DNA from: a virus
Taxonomy: Duplodnaviria > Heunggongvirae > Uroviricota > Caudoviricetes
Virus record (IMG/VR): IMGVR_UViG_2585427735_000005
Length of the DNA stretch: 17,583 bases
Direction: 5' to 3' (one strand)
Under the pieces are notes generated by a model that was not told where the DNA came from, made no database searches, and saw nothing but the letters and a program-made list of their open reading frames with translations. The translations under genes were made by a program, and so were the position numbers. Numbering within the stretch: the first letter of the stretch is position 1; every line of letters starts with the position of its first letter. Positions 7,745-15,441 of this stretch are shown here, piece after piece.

Positions 7745-7765
7745 AATTGATATTGAGGTAGGGGG

Positions 7766-8458
7766 TTAATTGTGTCGCTTAAGGGTTTGTGACTGACTGA
7801 TTAAGACCTTTCCAAAGACCATAAACCGATGTTCGTTTTCGCTGGTAATTCCCCATTCGCGGTAAATCTGATTATCAGAAATTACCAGCAGTTTATCAGG
7901 TATCATTTGCAGTCGTTTGACGTAAATTTTATCATCAAAACCAAATACATATATACCATCCCCATCAAACTGATTGATACTGATATCAACGAAGATGAGA
8001 TCTCCTGGCTCAATGGTTGGACACATACTGTCCCCACGAACGTTGATAACTTTAATGTGATTTGCTGGTCGTCCACCAAACATCGATACAGCATTATCAG
8101 TTCTGTATTCAATGGCATGAATCACATCAATGACATCACCGCCCTGGATAAGGCCATTTCCCGCACTGGCACTGACATCCAGCATTTCAATACGGAATAC
8201 ATCCTTCACCTGCGCAACATCCTCACTAATACTGTTTTTACATACAGTATTACTTTTGAGGTCTGAGGTAAAGAGATCAGCAATATCAACACCTAAGCTC
8301 CTGGCAATATTACTCAGGGCTTGTTCAGTGAATTGTTTCTGCTTACCTGTTTCGAGGCGCGAGATATTCGCCGCATCCACTCCTATTGCTTCAGCGAGAT
8401 CGGCGATTTTCATGTTCTTCGCCTGGCGAAGTTGTCTGACTCGATTTCCTATGTTCAT
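7766..8458 (-). CDS. cI: CI-type phage repressor (N-terminal HTH, C-terminal S24/LexA-like autopeptidase)
   Basis: 230 aa. The N-terminus has an XRE-type HTH (MKIADLAEAIGVDAANISRLETGKQ). The C-terminus has an Ala-Gly candidate cleavage site (SASAGNG), catalytic Ser in GDSMCPTI and Lys in YVKRL about 38 residues later, as in LexA/lambda CI. It is divergent from cro. Confidence 0.9.
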   Translation of the reverse strand: MNIGNRVRQLRQAKNMKIADLAEAIGVDAANISRLETGKQKQFTEQALSNIARSLGVDIADLFTSDLKSNTVCKNSISEDVAQVKDVFRIEMLDVSASAGNGLIQGGDVIDVIHAIEYRTDNAVSMFGGRPANHIKVINVRGDSMCPTIEPGDLIFVDISINQFDGDGIYVFGFDDKIYVKRLQMIPDKLLVISDNQIYREWGITSENEHRFMVFGKVLISQSQTLKRHN

Positions 8459-8555
8459 GCGTTTATTACATTTCTTTATTGCGCGTTAAGCAAATCAACT
8501 TGCGCAAAATATTTGCGTGAAATAATATGCTCATCACGCAATATGTGGAGGTTAT
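8459..8555. promoter_or_regulatory. OR / pRM / pR divergent control region
   Basis: Operator-like elements: TTGCGCGTTAAGCAA (8479-8493), the palindrome TTGCGCAA (8500-8507), and the inverted repeat TTGCGTGA (8513-8520) / TCACGCAA (8534-8541). Candidate pR: -35 TTGCGC (8500-8505), 17-bp spacer, -10 TAATAT (8523-8528). GGAGG precedes the cro ATG. A leaderless-type pRM is possible on the other strand. Confidence 0.5.
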
Positions 8556-8816
8556 ATGCAATCACCATTACGGAATGTGCGTAAGGCGCACGGATTTACT
8601 TTGCAGCATGTTGCTGCGGGCGTTCAGGTCAATCCAGCGACGCTGAGTCGTATTGAAAGACTGGAACAAATTCCATCTATCGATCTTGCAGAACGTCTGG
8701 CCAATTTTTTTAAGGGTGAAATCAGCGAAATGCAGATTCTTTATCCGGCACGTTTTCAATCTAGCCAAAACCAGAATGGGTTTAAACCACAGGAACAGGA
8801 GGTAAGCCGTGGGTAA
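8556..8816 (+). CDS. cro: Cro-like HTH regulator
   Basis: 86 aa, first gene of the rightward operon, divergent from cI. XRE-type HTH (FTLQHVAAGVQVNPATLSRIERLEQ). Confidence 0.75.
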   Translation: MQSPLRNVRKAHGFTLQHVAAGVQVNPATLSRIERLEQIPSIDLAERLANFFKGEISEMQILYPARFQSSQNQNGFKPQEQEVSRG

Positions 8817-9366
8817 TCATCACTGGAAAGTGGAAAAACAGCCTGAGTGGTACGTGAAAGCTGTCAGAAAAACTATCGCGGCGTTGCCGGGGGGTTACGC
8901 TGAAGCTGCTGAGTGGCTGGATGTAACAGAGAACGCATTATTCAACCGCCTTCGTGCAGATGGCGATCAGATTTTCCCGCTGGGATGGGCAATGATTTTA
9001 CAACGTGCTGGTGGAACTCACTTCATTGCTGACGCTGTGGCGCAGTCTGCAAATGGCGTCTTTGTGTCTCTTCCTGACGTCGAGGATGTGGACAACGCCG
9101 ATATTAACCAGCGTCTGCTGGAAGTCATCGAACAGATCGGGAGTTACTCAAAGCAGATTCGTTCGGCAATCGAAGATGGGGTAGTGGAACCGCATGAGAA
9201 GACAGCAATTAACGACGAACTGTATCTTTCAATTTCGAAGCTCCAGGAGCATGCAGCACTGGTCTACAAAATCTTCTGCGCTCCAGAAAAGAGTAACGCC
9301 CGCGAGTGTGCAGCTCCGGGCGTCGTGGCGTCGATTGCTTCTGGTTGTGGAGAAACTAACGCATGA
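8809..9366 (+). CDS. CII-like / YdaT-family regulatory protein (putative)
   Basis: 185 aa with a GTG start 6 nt after AGGAGG, overlapping the cro 3' end. Its position right after cro and my recollection of YdaT/CII-like proteins of Rac-type prophages suggest this call. Not verified. Confidence 0.4.
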   Translation: MGNHHWKVEKQPEWYVKAVRKTIAALPGGYAEAAEWLDVTENALFNRLRADGDQIFPLGWAMILQRAGGTHFIADAVAQSANGVFVSLPDVEDVDNADINQRLLEVIEQIGSYSKQIRSAIEDGVVEPHEKTAINDELYLSISKLQEHAALVYKIFCAPEKSNARECAAPGVVASIASGCGETNA

Positions 9367-10514
9367 ATAGTTTAACGGCAAATAACCGTTTGTCGCAACA
9401 GCTGGTGGTCAGCGTCGCTGAACACCTGTTGTTACGGCATGAATGCAGATTACCAAATCACCTGGCTGTAAGTAACCACAGAGAACTTTACCTGACTGTG
9501 GGGGGCGAGTTGTGCAGGAACTTAACCGCTGGTTTCGTGACGGAAGAGGACTTTATGTTCATGTTATTCGTTGGGAGCCAGAAACACAGCGCGTTATCTA
9601 TCTTCGCAAAGACTACCCGCATGAGTGCTTTAGTCCTTTGTGGAAATTCAGGCGTGATTTTGTTGAGTGTGAAGGACCACCAGCATATTGATTCTGCAAT
9701 TCCGGGACGTTACACTGCTCAGGCACCTTATAAAGCGGGTGCCGGGCGTGGAAACCCGAAATTCAATATAGAGCACAACCGCGCTCATGCGGTTTTTTCG
9801 TGTCATGAGCATCGTTACGCCCAAATTATGGTGGGGCGTGCAGGGCCAACTTCGGTTGGGCCGGGTTCTATGTTGACCGGTATTTCCACCCCTGTACGTC
9901 TCACCACCTATATGGTCGTGGAAAGCCTTGGTGGTGAGTTCATTGAATTCAACATAGGGGCTGTCACCATGACTACTCTCCCAACCCAATCTCACCCTGA
10001 AATCACGATTATCAATGGTCGCGTTGTCACCACATCTCTTGCAGTAGCTAATTACTTTACTAAACGGCATGAGCGGGTTTTAGATAGAATTAGAAACCTC
10101 GAATGTTCCGCTGAATTTACTGAACACAATTTTGTGTTAAGTGAATACACCGACGCATCAGGCCGCAAACTCCCTTGTTACCAAATCACCCGCGACGGTT
10201 TTGCGTTTCTTGCCATGGGCTTCACTGGTAAACGTGCTGCCCGGTTCAAAGAGGCATACATAAATGCCTTTAACCAGATGGAAAAACTGCTTTCAAAGCC
10301 ATCCACGCTGAGCGATGCCGCAGATAACGCCAGCGTGCTTTACTCCCACCTGTCGGTAATCCACAAGGTCTGGCTGCAGCAGCTTTATCCCATGTTGGCA
10401 AAAGCCGAATCCCCGCTGGCTGTAAGTCTGTATGACCGCATCAACGACGCGGCGCTACTGGCCAGTCTCATAAATTTGTCGCTGAACCCTTCAGAGGTAA
10501 GGGGGCGCAAATGA
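9363..10514 (+). CDS. Rha-family phage regulatory protein, annotated with a roughly 200-codon N-terminal extension (true start may be the ATG at 9970)
   Basis: Residues from about 205 (ITIINGRVVTTSLAVANYFTKRHERVLDRIRNL...YQITRDGFAFLAMGFTGKRAARFKEAYINAFNQME) match the Phage_pRha signature, which normally lies at the N-terminus. The ATG at 9363 is ATGA-coupled to the upstream gene, but the extension has no recognisable features. Confidence 0.6.
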   Translation: MNSLTANNRLSQQLVVSVAEHLLLRHECRLPNHLAVSNHRELYLTVGGELCRNLTAGFVTEEDFMFMLFVGSQKHSALSIFAKTTRMSALVLCGNSGVILLSVKDHQHIDSAIPGRYTAQAPYKAGAGRGNPKFNIEHNRAHAVFSCHEHRYAQIMVGRAGPTSVGPGSMLTGISTPVRLTTYMVVESLGGEFIEFNIGAVTMTTLPTQSHPEITIINGRVVTTSLAVANYFTKRHERVLDRIRNLECSAEFTEHNFVLSEYTDASGRKLPCYQITRDGFAFLAMGFTGKRAARFKEAYINAFNQMEKLLSKPSTLSDAADNASVLYSHLSVIHKVWLQQLYPMLAKAESPLAVSLYDRINDAALLASLINLSLNPSEVRGRK

Positions 10515-10735
10515 TCCGGAATATTTTCAAACGGTTTACCAATCATACTTTCCGTTGTCCTCGTCCGGGTCAGTGGTACACCACGCCTGCAGGGCATGTT
10601 CTACGTGTTAGCCTGGTTGACCGTGAATGTCAGAAGGTGATTTGTGAACCGCTGGGCCGTAATTACCGCGTCAGTATGCCGCTTATAGCCTTTCGCTCCG
10701 GAAAAAACATGAAGCATCTCGGAGGTGCTGCATGA
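10511..10735 (+). CDS. Small hypothetical protein (74 aa)
   Basis: ATGA overlaps at both ends (with the Rha stop and the O-like start) indicate translational coupling inside the operon. Basic and Cys-containing; no domain recognised. Confidence 0.5.
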   Translation: MIRNIFKRFTNHTFRCPRPGQWYTTPAGHVLRVSLVDRECQKVICEPLGRNYRVSMPLIAFRSGKNMKHLGGAA

Positions 10736-11550
10736 GTATGGAGTTGATGGTTAAAGCGATGAAAATTCGAGTGGGAAATCCATTGCGAAAACTGGTTCTG
10801 ATTAAGCTGGCTGATAATGCCAGCGATCAGGGTGAGTGCTGGCCCAGCTACCAGCATATTGCTGACCAGTGCGAGATTAGCAAACGTTCTGTGATGAATC
10901 ATATTGCGGCCCTTTGTGAGTCCGGGCTGGTAAAAAAAGTCACCCGGAAAGGTGAAAAAGGTAACTCAAGTAATATCTATCTCCTTCATCTTGATGGTGC
11001 AGGAGATTCACTAGGGGGTAGTGCAAATAATTCACTATCTGGTGCAGCAAATTCACCAGGTAGTGCAGGAGTTGCACCAGGGGGTAGTGCAGGAGATTCA
11101 CCCAGAACCAGTCACTCTTTTGAACCAGTCAAAGAACCAGTCAATGAACCAATAGCTGTTGGTGCATCTGCTGATGAGTCTGTGCGAGTTCGTTCAAACC
11201 GACCGGAATACTCTCCGGAGTTTGAGCAGGCATGGCTGGCCTATCCAAAACGTGCTGGTGGCAATTCAAAATCTGCAGCCTTCAAAGCCTGGAAAGCCCG
11301 TTTGAATGAGGGGGTAAACCCCGAAACCATGCTGGAAGGTGTGAAACGCTACGCGGGCTGGGTATCTGCGATGGGTAACAGCGGCACACAATTTGTGAAA
11401 CAGGCTGTCACGTTCTTTGGCCCGGATCGTCATTTCGAAGAATCCTGGGAAGTTCCTGCGGTATCTGCAGTCAGACGCGAGGACCCGTACTTCAAAGCCA
11501 GTTACGACAACGTGGACTACAGCCAGATCCCGGAAGGATTCAGGGGGTGA
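10732..11550 (+). CDS. Replication initiator (lambda O-like: N-terminal HTH, Gly/Ser/Ala-rich linker encoded by iteron-like repeats)
   Basis: The N-terminus (LRKLVLIKLADNASDQGECWPSYQHIADQCEISKRSVMNHIAALCESGLVKK) resembles the HTH N-terminal domain of phage replication initiators. The central low-complexity linker is encoded by the direct DNA repeats below, as in lambda O where ori-lambda lies inside the gene. Confidence 0.6.
   Translation: MSMELMVKAMKIRVGNPLRKLVLIKLADNASDQGECWPSYQHIADQCEISKRSVMNHIAALCESGLVKKVTRKGEKGNSSNIYLLHLDGAGDSLGGSANNSLSGAANSPGSAGVAPGGSAGDSPRTSHSFEPVKEPVNEPIAVGASADESVRVRSNRPEYSPEFEQAWLAYPKRAGGNSKSAAFKAWKARLNEGVNPETMLEGVKRYAGWVSAMGNSGTQFVKQAVTFFGPDRHFEESWEVPAVSAVRREDPYFKASYDNVDYSQIPEGFRG
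10996..11153. repeat. Iteron-like direct repeats inside the O-like gene (candidate replication origin)
   Basis: Five copies of a roughly 17-20 bp unit, GGT(AGT)GCA(G/A)(G/C)A(G/A)(A/T)T(T/G)CAC(T/C), at 10996-11012, 11017-11036, 11041-11057, 11059-11078 and 11083-11102. These are followed by four copies of GAACCA(G/A)T at 11105-11114, 11122-11131, 11134-11143 and 11146-11153. Confidence 0.6.
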
Positions 11551-11552
11551 TC

Positions 11553-12026
11553 ATGAGTCTTTTGAATGAAGTTCAGAAATTCATTGAAGCCCATCCGGGC
11601 TGTACTTCCGGAGACATTGCGGATGCTTTTGCAGGTTACTCACGGCAGAGCGTACTGCAGTCAGCAAGCAAGTTACGTCAGAGTGGGCGTGTGGCTCACC
11701 GTTGTGAAGGGGATACACGCAGACATTTCCCGCGTCTGAGTGAGAGAGCGCAGGAGCCGGAACCACAACCAGTTCGTGAAACCAGACCTGTGCGCAATTT
11801 CTATGTCGGCACTAACGATCCCCGGGTGATTTTGTGCCTGACCCGCCAGGCTGAAGAACTGGAGTCAAGAGGCTTATACCGTCGTGCTGCAACCGTGTGG
11901 ATGGCGGCATTCCAGCCAGAACGAAACAATTTTCTGGCACGTCGTGAGCGGTGCTTACGGAAAAGCAGCAAGCGCGCTGCATCGGGTGAAGAGTGGTATC
12001 TGTCAGGGAATTACGTGGGGGCTTAA
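11553..12026 (+). CDS. Hypothetical protein with a possible PerC-like C-terminal region
   Basis: I prefer the ATG at 11553, preceded by AGGGGG, over the GTG at 11547. The C-terminal LESRGLYRRAATVWMAAF...RRERCLRK resembles the conserved core of PerC/Pch-type activators as I recall it. Low certainty. Confidence 0.4.
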   Translation: MSLLNEVQKFIEAHPGCTSGDIADAFAGYSRQSVLQSASKLRQSGRVAHRCEGDTRRHFPRLSERAQEPEPQPVRETRPVRNFYVGTNDPRVILCLTRQAEELESRGLYRRAATVWMAAFQPERNNFLARRERCLRKSSKRAASGEEWYLSGNYVGA

Positions 12027-12679
12027 TGAGTAATAAATATTGCCGGGCGCTGGTGGAACTGCGGAACAAACCAGCCCATGAACTGAAGGACGTGGGCGAT
12101 CAGTGGCGCACGCCGGATAATATTTTCTGGGGAATTAACACCCTGTTTGGTCCGTTTGTTCTGGATCTGTTCACTGACGGTGATAACGCCAAATGTGCCG
12201 CGTATTACACGGCGGAAGACAACGCGCTGGCGCATGACTGGTCAGAACGTCTTGCGGAGCTTAAAGGTGCTGCCTTTGGCAATCCCCCGTACAGCCGCGC
12301 CAGTCAGCATGAGGGGCAATACATCACCGGCATGCGTTACATCATGAAGCATGCCAGTGCCATGCGTGATAAAGGCGGGCGCTATGTTTTCCTGATCAAA
12401 GCTGCCACCAGCGAAGTGTGGTGGCCGGAAGATGCAGATCATATTGCTTTTATTCGCGGGCGTATTGGTTTTGAACTGCCTGCCTGGTTTATCCCGAAAG
12501 ACGAAAAGCAGGTGCCAACAGGTGCTTTCTTCGCTGGTGCTATTGCTGTTTTCGACAAGACCTGGAAGGGACCGGCAATCAGCTACATCGGGCGCGATGA
12601 ACTTGAGGCATGTGGTGAGGCATTTCTGGCGCAGGTTCGCCAGCAGGCGGAAAAACTGGTCAGGGAGATGGTGGCATGA
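12026..12679 (+). CDS. Phage-type DNA N6-adenine methyltransferase (Dam-like, orphan)
   Basis: The ATG at 12026 overlaps the upstream stop (TAATG). The catalytic NPPY motif is present (AFGNPPYSRA), with a DWRTPDNIF N-terminal region typical of phage N6-adenine methyltransferases. No partner restriction gene is seen. Confidence 0.8.
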   Translation: MSNKYCRALVELRNKPAHELKDVGDQWRTPDNIFWGINTLFGPFVLDLFTDGDNAKCAAYYTAEDNALAHDWSERLAELKGAAFGNPPYSRASQHEGQYITGMRYIMKHASAMRDKGGRYVFLIKAATSEVWWPEDADHIAFIRGRIGFELPAWFIPKDEKQVPTGAFFAGAIAVFDKTWKGPAISYIGRDELEACGEAFLAQVRQQAEKLVREMVA

Positions 12680-13065
12680 AGCTAATACTGCCTTTTCCGC
12701 CCAGCGTGAACACGTACTGGCGACACCCCAACAAAGGGGCATTTGCTGGTAAGAGCCTGATAAGCGAGGCGGGGCGAAAATTTCAGAGCGCGGCGTGTGC
12801 CGCCATCATTGAGCAGTTACGTCGTCTGCCGAAACCAACGTCGGCACCTGCTTCAGTGGAGATCGTGTTGTTTCCTCCGGATAACCGGATCCGCGATCTG
12901 GACAACTATAACAAGGCGGTGTTTGATGCCCTGACCCACGCGGGTGTGTGGGAAGACGACAGACAGGTGAAAAGAATGCTGGTGGAGTGGGGACCGGTTA
13001 TCCCGAAAGGGAAGGTCGAGATCACTATCAGTAAGTATGAGAAACCGGCGGGTGCAGCCGCCTGA
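12676..13065 (+). CDS. rusA: RusA-family Holliday junction resolvase
   Basis: 129 aa. PFPPSVNTYWRH...RIRDLDNYNKAVFDALTHAGVWEDDRQV...GKVEITI parallels E. coli RusA (PPSNNRYYRH...RRDLDN...FDALT.AG.W.DD.QV). ATGA overlap with the methyltransferase. Confidence 0.85.
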   Translation: MKLILPFPPSVNTYWRHPNKGAFAGKSLISEAGRKFQSAACAAIIEQLRRLPKPTSAPASVEIVLFPPDNRIRDLDNYNKAVFDALTHAGVWEDDRQVKRMLVEWGPVIPKGKVEITISKYEKPAGAAA

Positions 13066-13084
13066 TTAAGAGGAGAAACGAAGT

Positions 13085-13894
13085 ATGAATAATCTGATGG
13101 TCATTGATGGTATTGAAGTTCGTCGTGATGCTTATGGGCGTTACAGCCTGAACGATCTGCATCGCGCAGCAGTAGCATCTGGTGCAAATGCTAGAACCAA
13201 GGAGCCAGGAAAGTTTCTTTCCAGCCAACAAACTGTTGAGCTTGTGCATGAATTGACCAACACCCAGAATTTGGGTGTTGACCCGGTGAGTGTGATTCAT
13301 GGGGGAAATGAACGGGGAACGTATGTCTGCAAGGAACTGGTGTATGCCTATGCAATGTGGATCAGCCCGTCATTCCATCTGAAGGTGATCCGTACTTTCG
13401 ATATGGTAACCAGCGCACCGGAAAAATTATCCGGGCAGGCTGCTGACAAGATGCAGGCTGGTGTGATTCTGCTGGACTTTATGCGTCGGGAATTAAACCT
13501 GTCTAACTCATCTGTGCTTGGGGCTTGTCAGAAACTCCAGGAGGCTGTTGGCTTACCGAATCTGGCTCCGCGCTATGCAATTGATGCTCCTGCCGATGCA
13601 CCCGATGGCTCAAGTCGCCCTACGCTGTCACTGAGTGCACTGCTGAAGCAGTATGGTATCCGCCTGACGGCTAATCAGGCATATCACCAGATGGTGAAGC
13701 TGGGGATCGTCGAGCAGCGCGAACGATACAGCCGTACCGCGATTAACAACATCAAAAAATTCTGGTCGCTGACAGCGAAAGGCTGCATGTTCGGCAAGAA
13801 CATCACCAGTCCTGCAAATCCGCGCGAGACGCAGCCGCATTTCTTCGAATCCCGATTCCCTGAGCTGTTAAAGCTGCTCGATACCGTTCACTGA
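13085..13894 (+). CDS. KilA-N domain protein
   Basis: Strong AGGAGA ribosome-binding site. The N-terminus (VIDGIEVRRDAYGRYSLNDLHRAAVASG...PGKFLSSQQTVELV) matches the KilA-N DNA-binding domain pattern. The C-terminal half is unassigned. Confidence 0.6.
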   Translation: MNNLMVIDGIEVRRDAYGRYSLNDLHRAAVASGANARTKEPGKFLSSQQTVELVHELTNTQNLGVDPVSVIHGGNERGTYVCKELVYAYAMWISPSFHLKVIRTFDMVTSAPEKLSGQAADKMQAGVILLDFMRRELNLSNSSVLGACQKLQEAVGLPNLAPRYAIDAPADAPDGSSRPTLSLSALLKQYGIRLTANQAYHQMVKLGIVEQRERYSRTAINNIKKFWSLTAKGCMFGKNITSPANPRETQPHFFESRFPELLKLLDTVH

Positions 13895-13909
13895 TGGGAG
13901 GCGTGGAGC

Positions 13910-14425
13910 ATGAGAATTACACCACCCCATCTGCAGCCAGTTTTATCCAGGGTTAAACGTTTTGTTGAACGAATGCCGGAAGGCGCAACACTGACCCAGA
14001 TATCACAGAAAGTGCAGGCGTACAGTCTACTGAATAAAAGGGATAAGGAGATACTCATTGGCATTATCCGCGACAGTGGACTTCTGGTCGTTGCGAATGA
14101 TGGAAGAACTACAACGTTACATCATCCTAAATTTGGACATCAGGCAGTAAATAGTGAAATACCAGTAAAAACAGAGGAACCCGTTGTGATTAAAAAGACC
14201 GTTACTCCGGATGAATTACGCAGGCATGCTGAGGAGCTGATCAGGGCTGCGGAAGAAGCAGAGAAGAAATTTAATGATCGCGCGGAAATTAAAAAGCAAC
14301 TGGATCCTCTGAAACTGGAAATCCTCCAGGCGTATGGAATGGCAAGTCGTAAATTTGATGAGTTTGTTGATGCTATGGCGGATATGGGGAAAGCGGTACA
14401 GAAACTGAAACAGATTGTGCTGTGA
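13910..14425 (+). CDS. Hypothetical protein (171 aa, C-terminal coiled-coil-like)
   Basis: ORF in operon orientation with a GGAGG-like sequence upstream. No domain recognised. Confidence 0.5.
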   Translation: MRITPPHLQPVLSRVKRFVERMPEGATLTQISQKVQAYSLLNKRDKEILIGIIRDSGLLVVANDGRTTTLHHPKFGHQAVNSEIPVKTEEPVVIKKTVTPDELRRHAEELIRAAEEAEKKFNDRAEIKKQLDPLKLEILQAYGMASRKFDEFVDAMADMGKAVQKLKQIVL

Positions 14426-14434
14426 GGTTCTACG

Positions 14435-15424
14435 TTGAGAGCACTGCTGACCCCTGAAATTGCCCCGCGTATGGGGATCGTCTTGTTCAGACCCGGTTCA
14501 GAGCTGATGCCTCTGTTTATGCAGGGGCGTGTCCTGCTGGAGCCTGAGCCGGAACGTTATTCATCTTTTGCCAGTGGTGCCGTTCCGGCAGCATCACAAC
14601 CGCTGGCGGATGATCCTGCCGTTCGGGCCGTGTTCCGCCATGAGGCGGTGATCCGTCGTGCTGGTGGCGTGGAATGCCTTGAGAGCTGGTTACTTCGTGA
14701 AAAGGGCTGTCAGTGGCCTCATTCCGACTGGCACAGCGAGAACATGACCACAATGCGGCACGCGCCAGGCGCAATCCGTCTGTGCTGGCACTGTGACAAT
14801 CTTCTCCGTGACCAGTTCACGGAACGGCTGGAATCAATGGCAACGGATAACTGTGCCCGCTGGGTGTTGTATGTTGTGCGTCGGGATCTCGGTTTTGATG
14901 ACAGTCACGTTGTGACAATGCCGGAACTGTGCTGGTGGCTGATTCGTAATGACCTGGCGGATGCCTTACCGGAAAGTGCAGCCCGTAAGGCACTGAGATT
15001 ACCGAAGCCTGTTGTGCCGTCTGTCACCCGGGAAAGTGACCTTGTGCCTTCGGTTCCTGCCACCAGCATCATCCAGGATAAGGCGAAAAAGGTGCTGGCG
15101 CTGAAAGTGGATCCGGAGTCGCCGGAGTCTTTTATGTTACGCCCAAAACGTCGCCGCTGGGTTAATGAAAAGTACACGCGCTGGGTTAAGACACAGCCGT
15201 GTGCATGTTGTGGAAAGCCTGCTGATGATCCCCACCACCTGATAGGCCACGGTCAGGGTGGTATGGGGACAAAAGCGCATGACCTTTTTGTGTTGCCGTT
15301 GTGCAGAAAACACCATGACAAACTGCATGCGGATACCGTGGCATTTGAAGAGAAGTATGGTTCCCAACTGGAGCTGATATTTCGTTTTATCGATCGCGCG
15401 CTGGCGATTGGTGTGCTGTCCTGA
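14435..15424 (+). CDS. DUF968-like protein (Cys/His-rich HNH-like C-terminus)
   Basis: The C-terminus ([49 protein letters not shown]) resembles the DUF968 family found in lambdoid nin-like regions (for example YdfU of the Qin prophage, as I recall). The start is TTG at 14435 and uncertain. Confidence 0.5.
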   Translation: MRALLTPEIAPRMGIVLFRPGSELMPLFMQGRVLLEPEPERYSSFASGAVPAASQPLADDPAVRAVFRHEAVIRRAGGVECLESWLLREKGCQWPHSDWHSENMTTMRHAPGAIRLCWHCDNLLRDQFTERLESMATDNCARWVLYVVRRDLGFDDSHVVTMPELCWWLIRNDLADALPESAARKALRLPKPVVPSVTRESDLVPSVPATSIIQDKAKKVLALKVDPESPESFMLRPKRRRWVNEKYTRWVKTQPCACCGKPADDPHHLIGHGQGGMGTKAHDLFVLPLCRKHHDKLHADTVAFEEKYGSQLELIFRFIDRALAIGVLS

Positions 15425-15441
15425 TTTTGTGGAGAAAGTTG

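Noticed and set aside
9648-10070. 140-aa minus-strand ORF
   Set aside because: Antisense to the Rha-family gene and its extension, within a rightward operon; no supporting signals.
10996-11153. Direct repeats considered as a possible CRISPR array or minisatellite
   Set aside because: The units are variable in length and contiguous, without uniform spacers, and they lie in frame inside a replication initiator gene. They are better explained as origin iterons or linker-coding repeats.
12242-12742. 166-aa minus-strand ORF
   Set aside because: Antisense to the Dam-like methyltransferase, which has a clear NPPY motif; treated as a shadow ORF.
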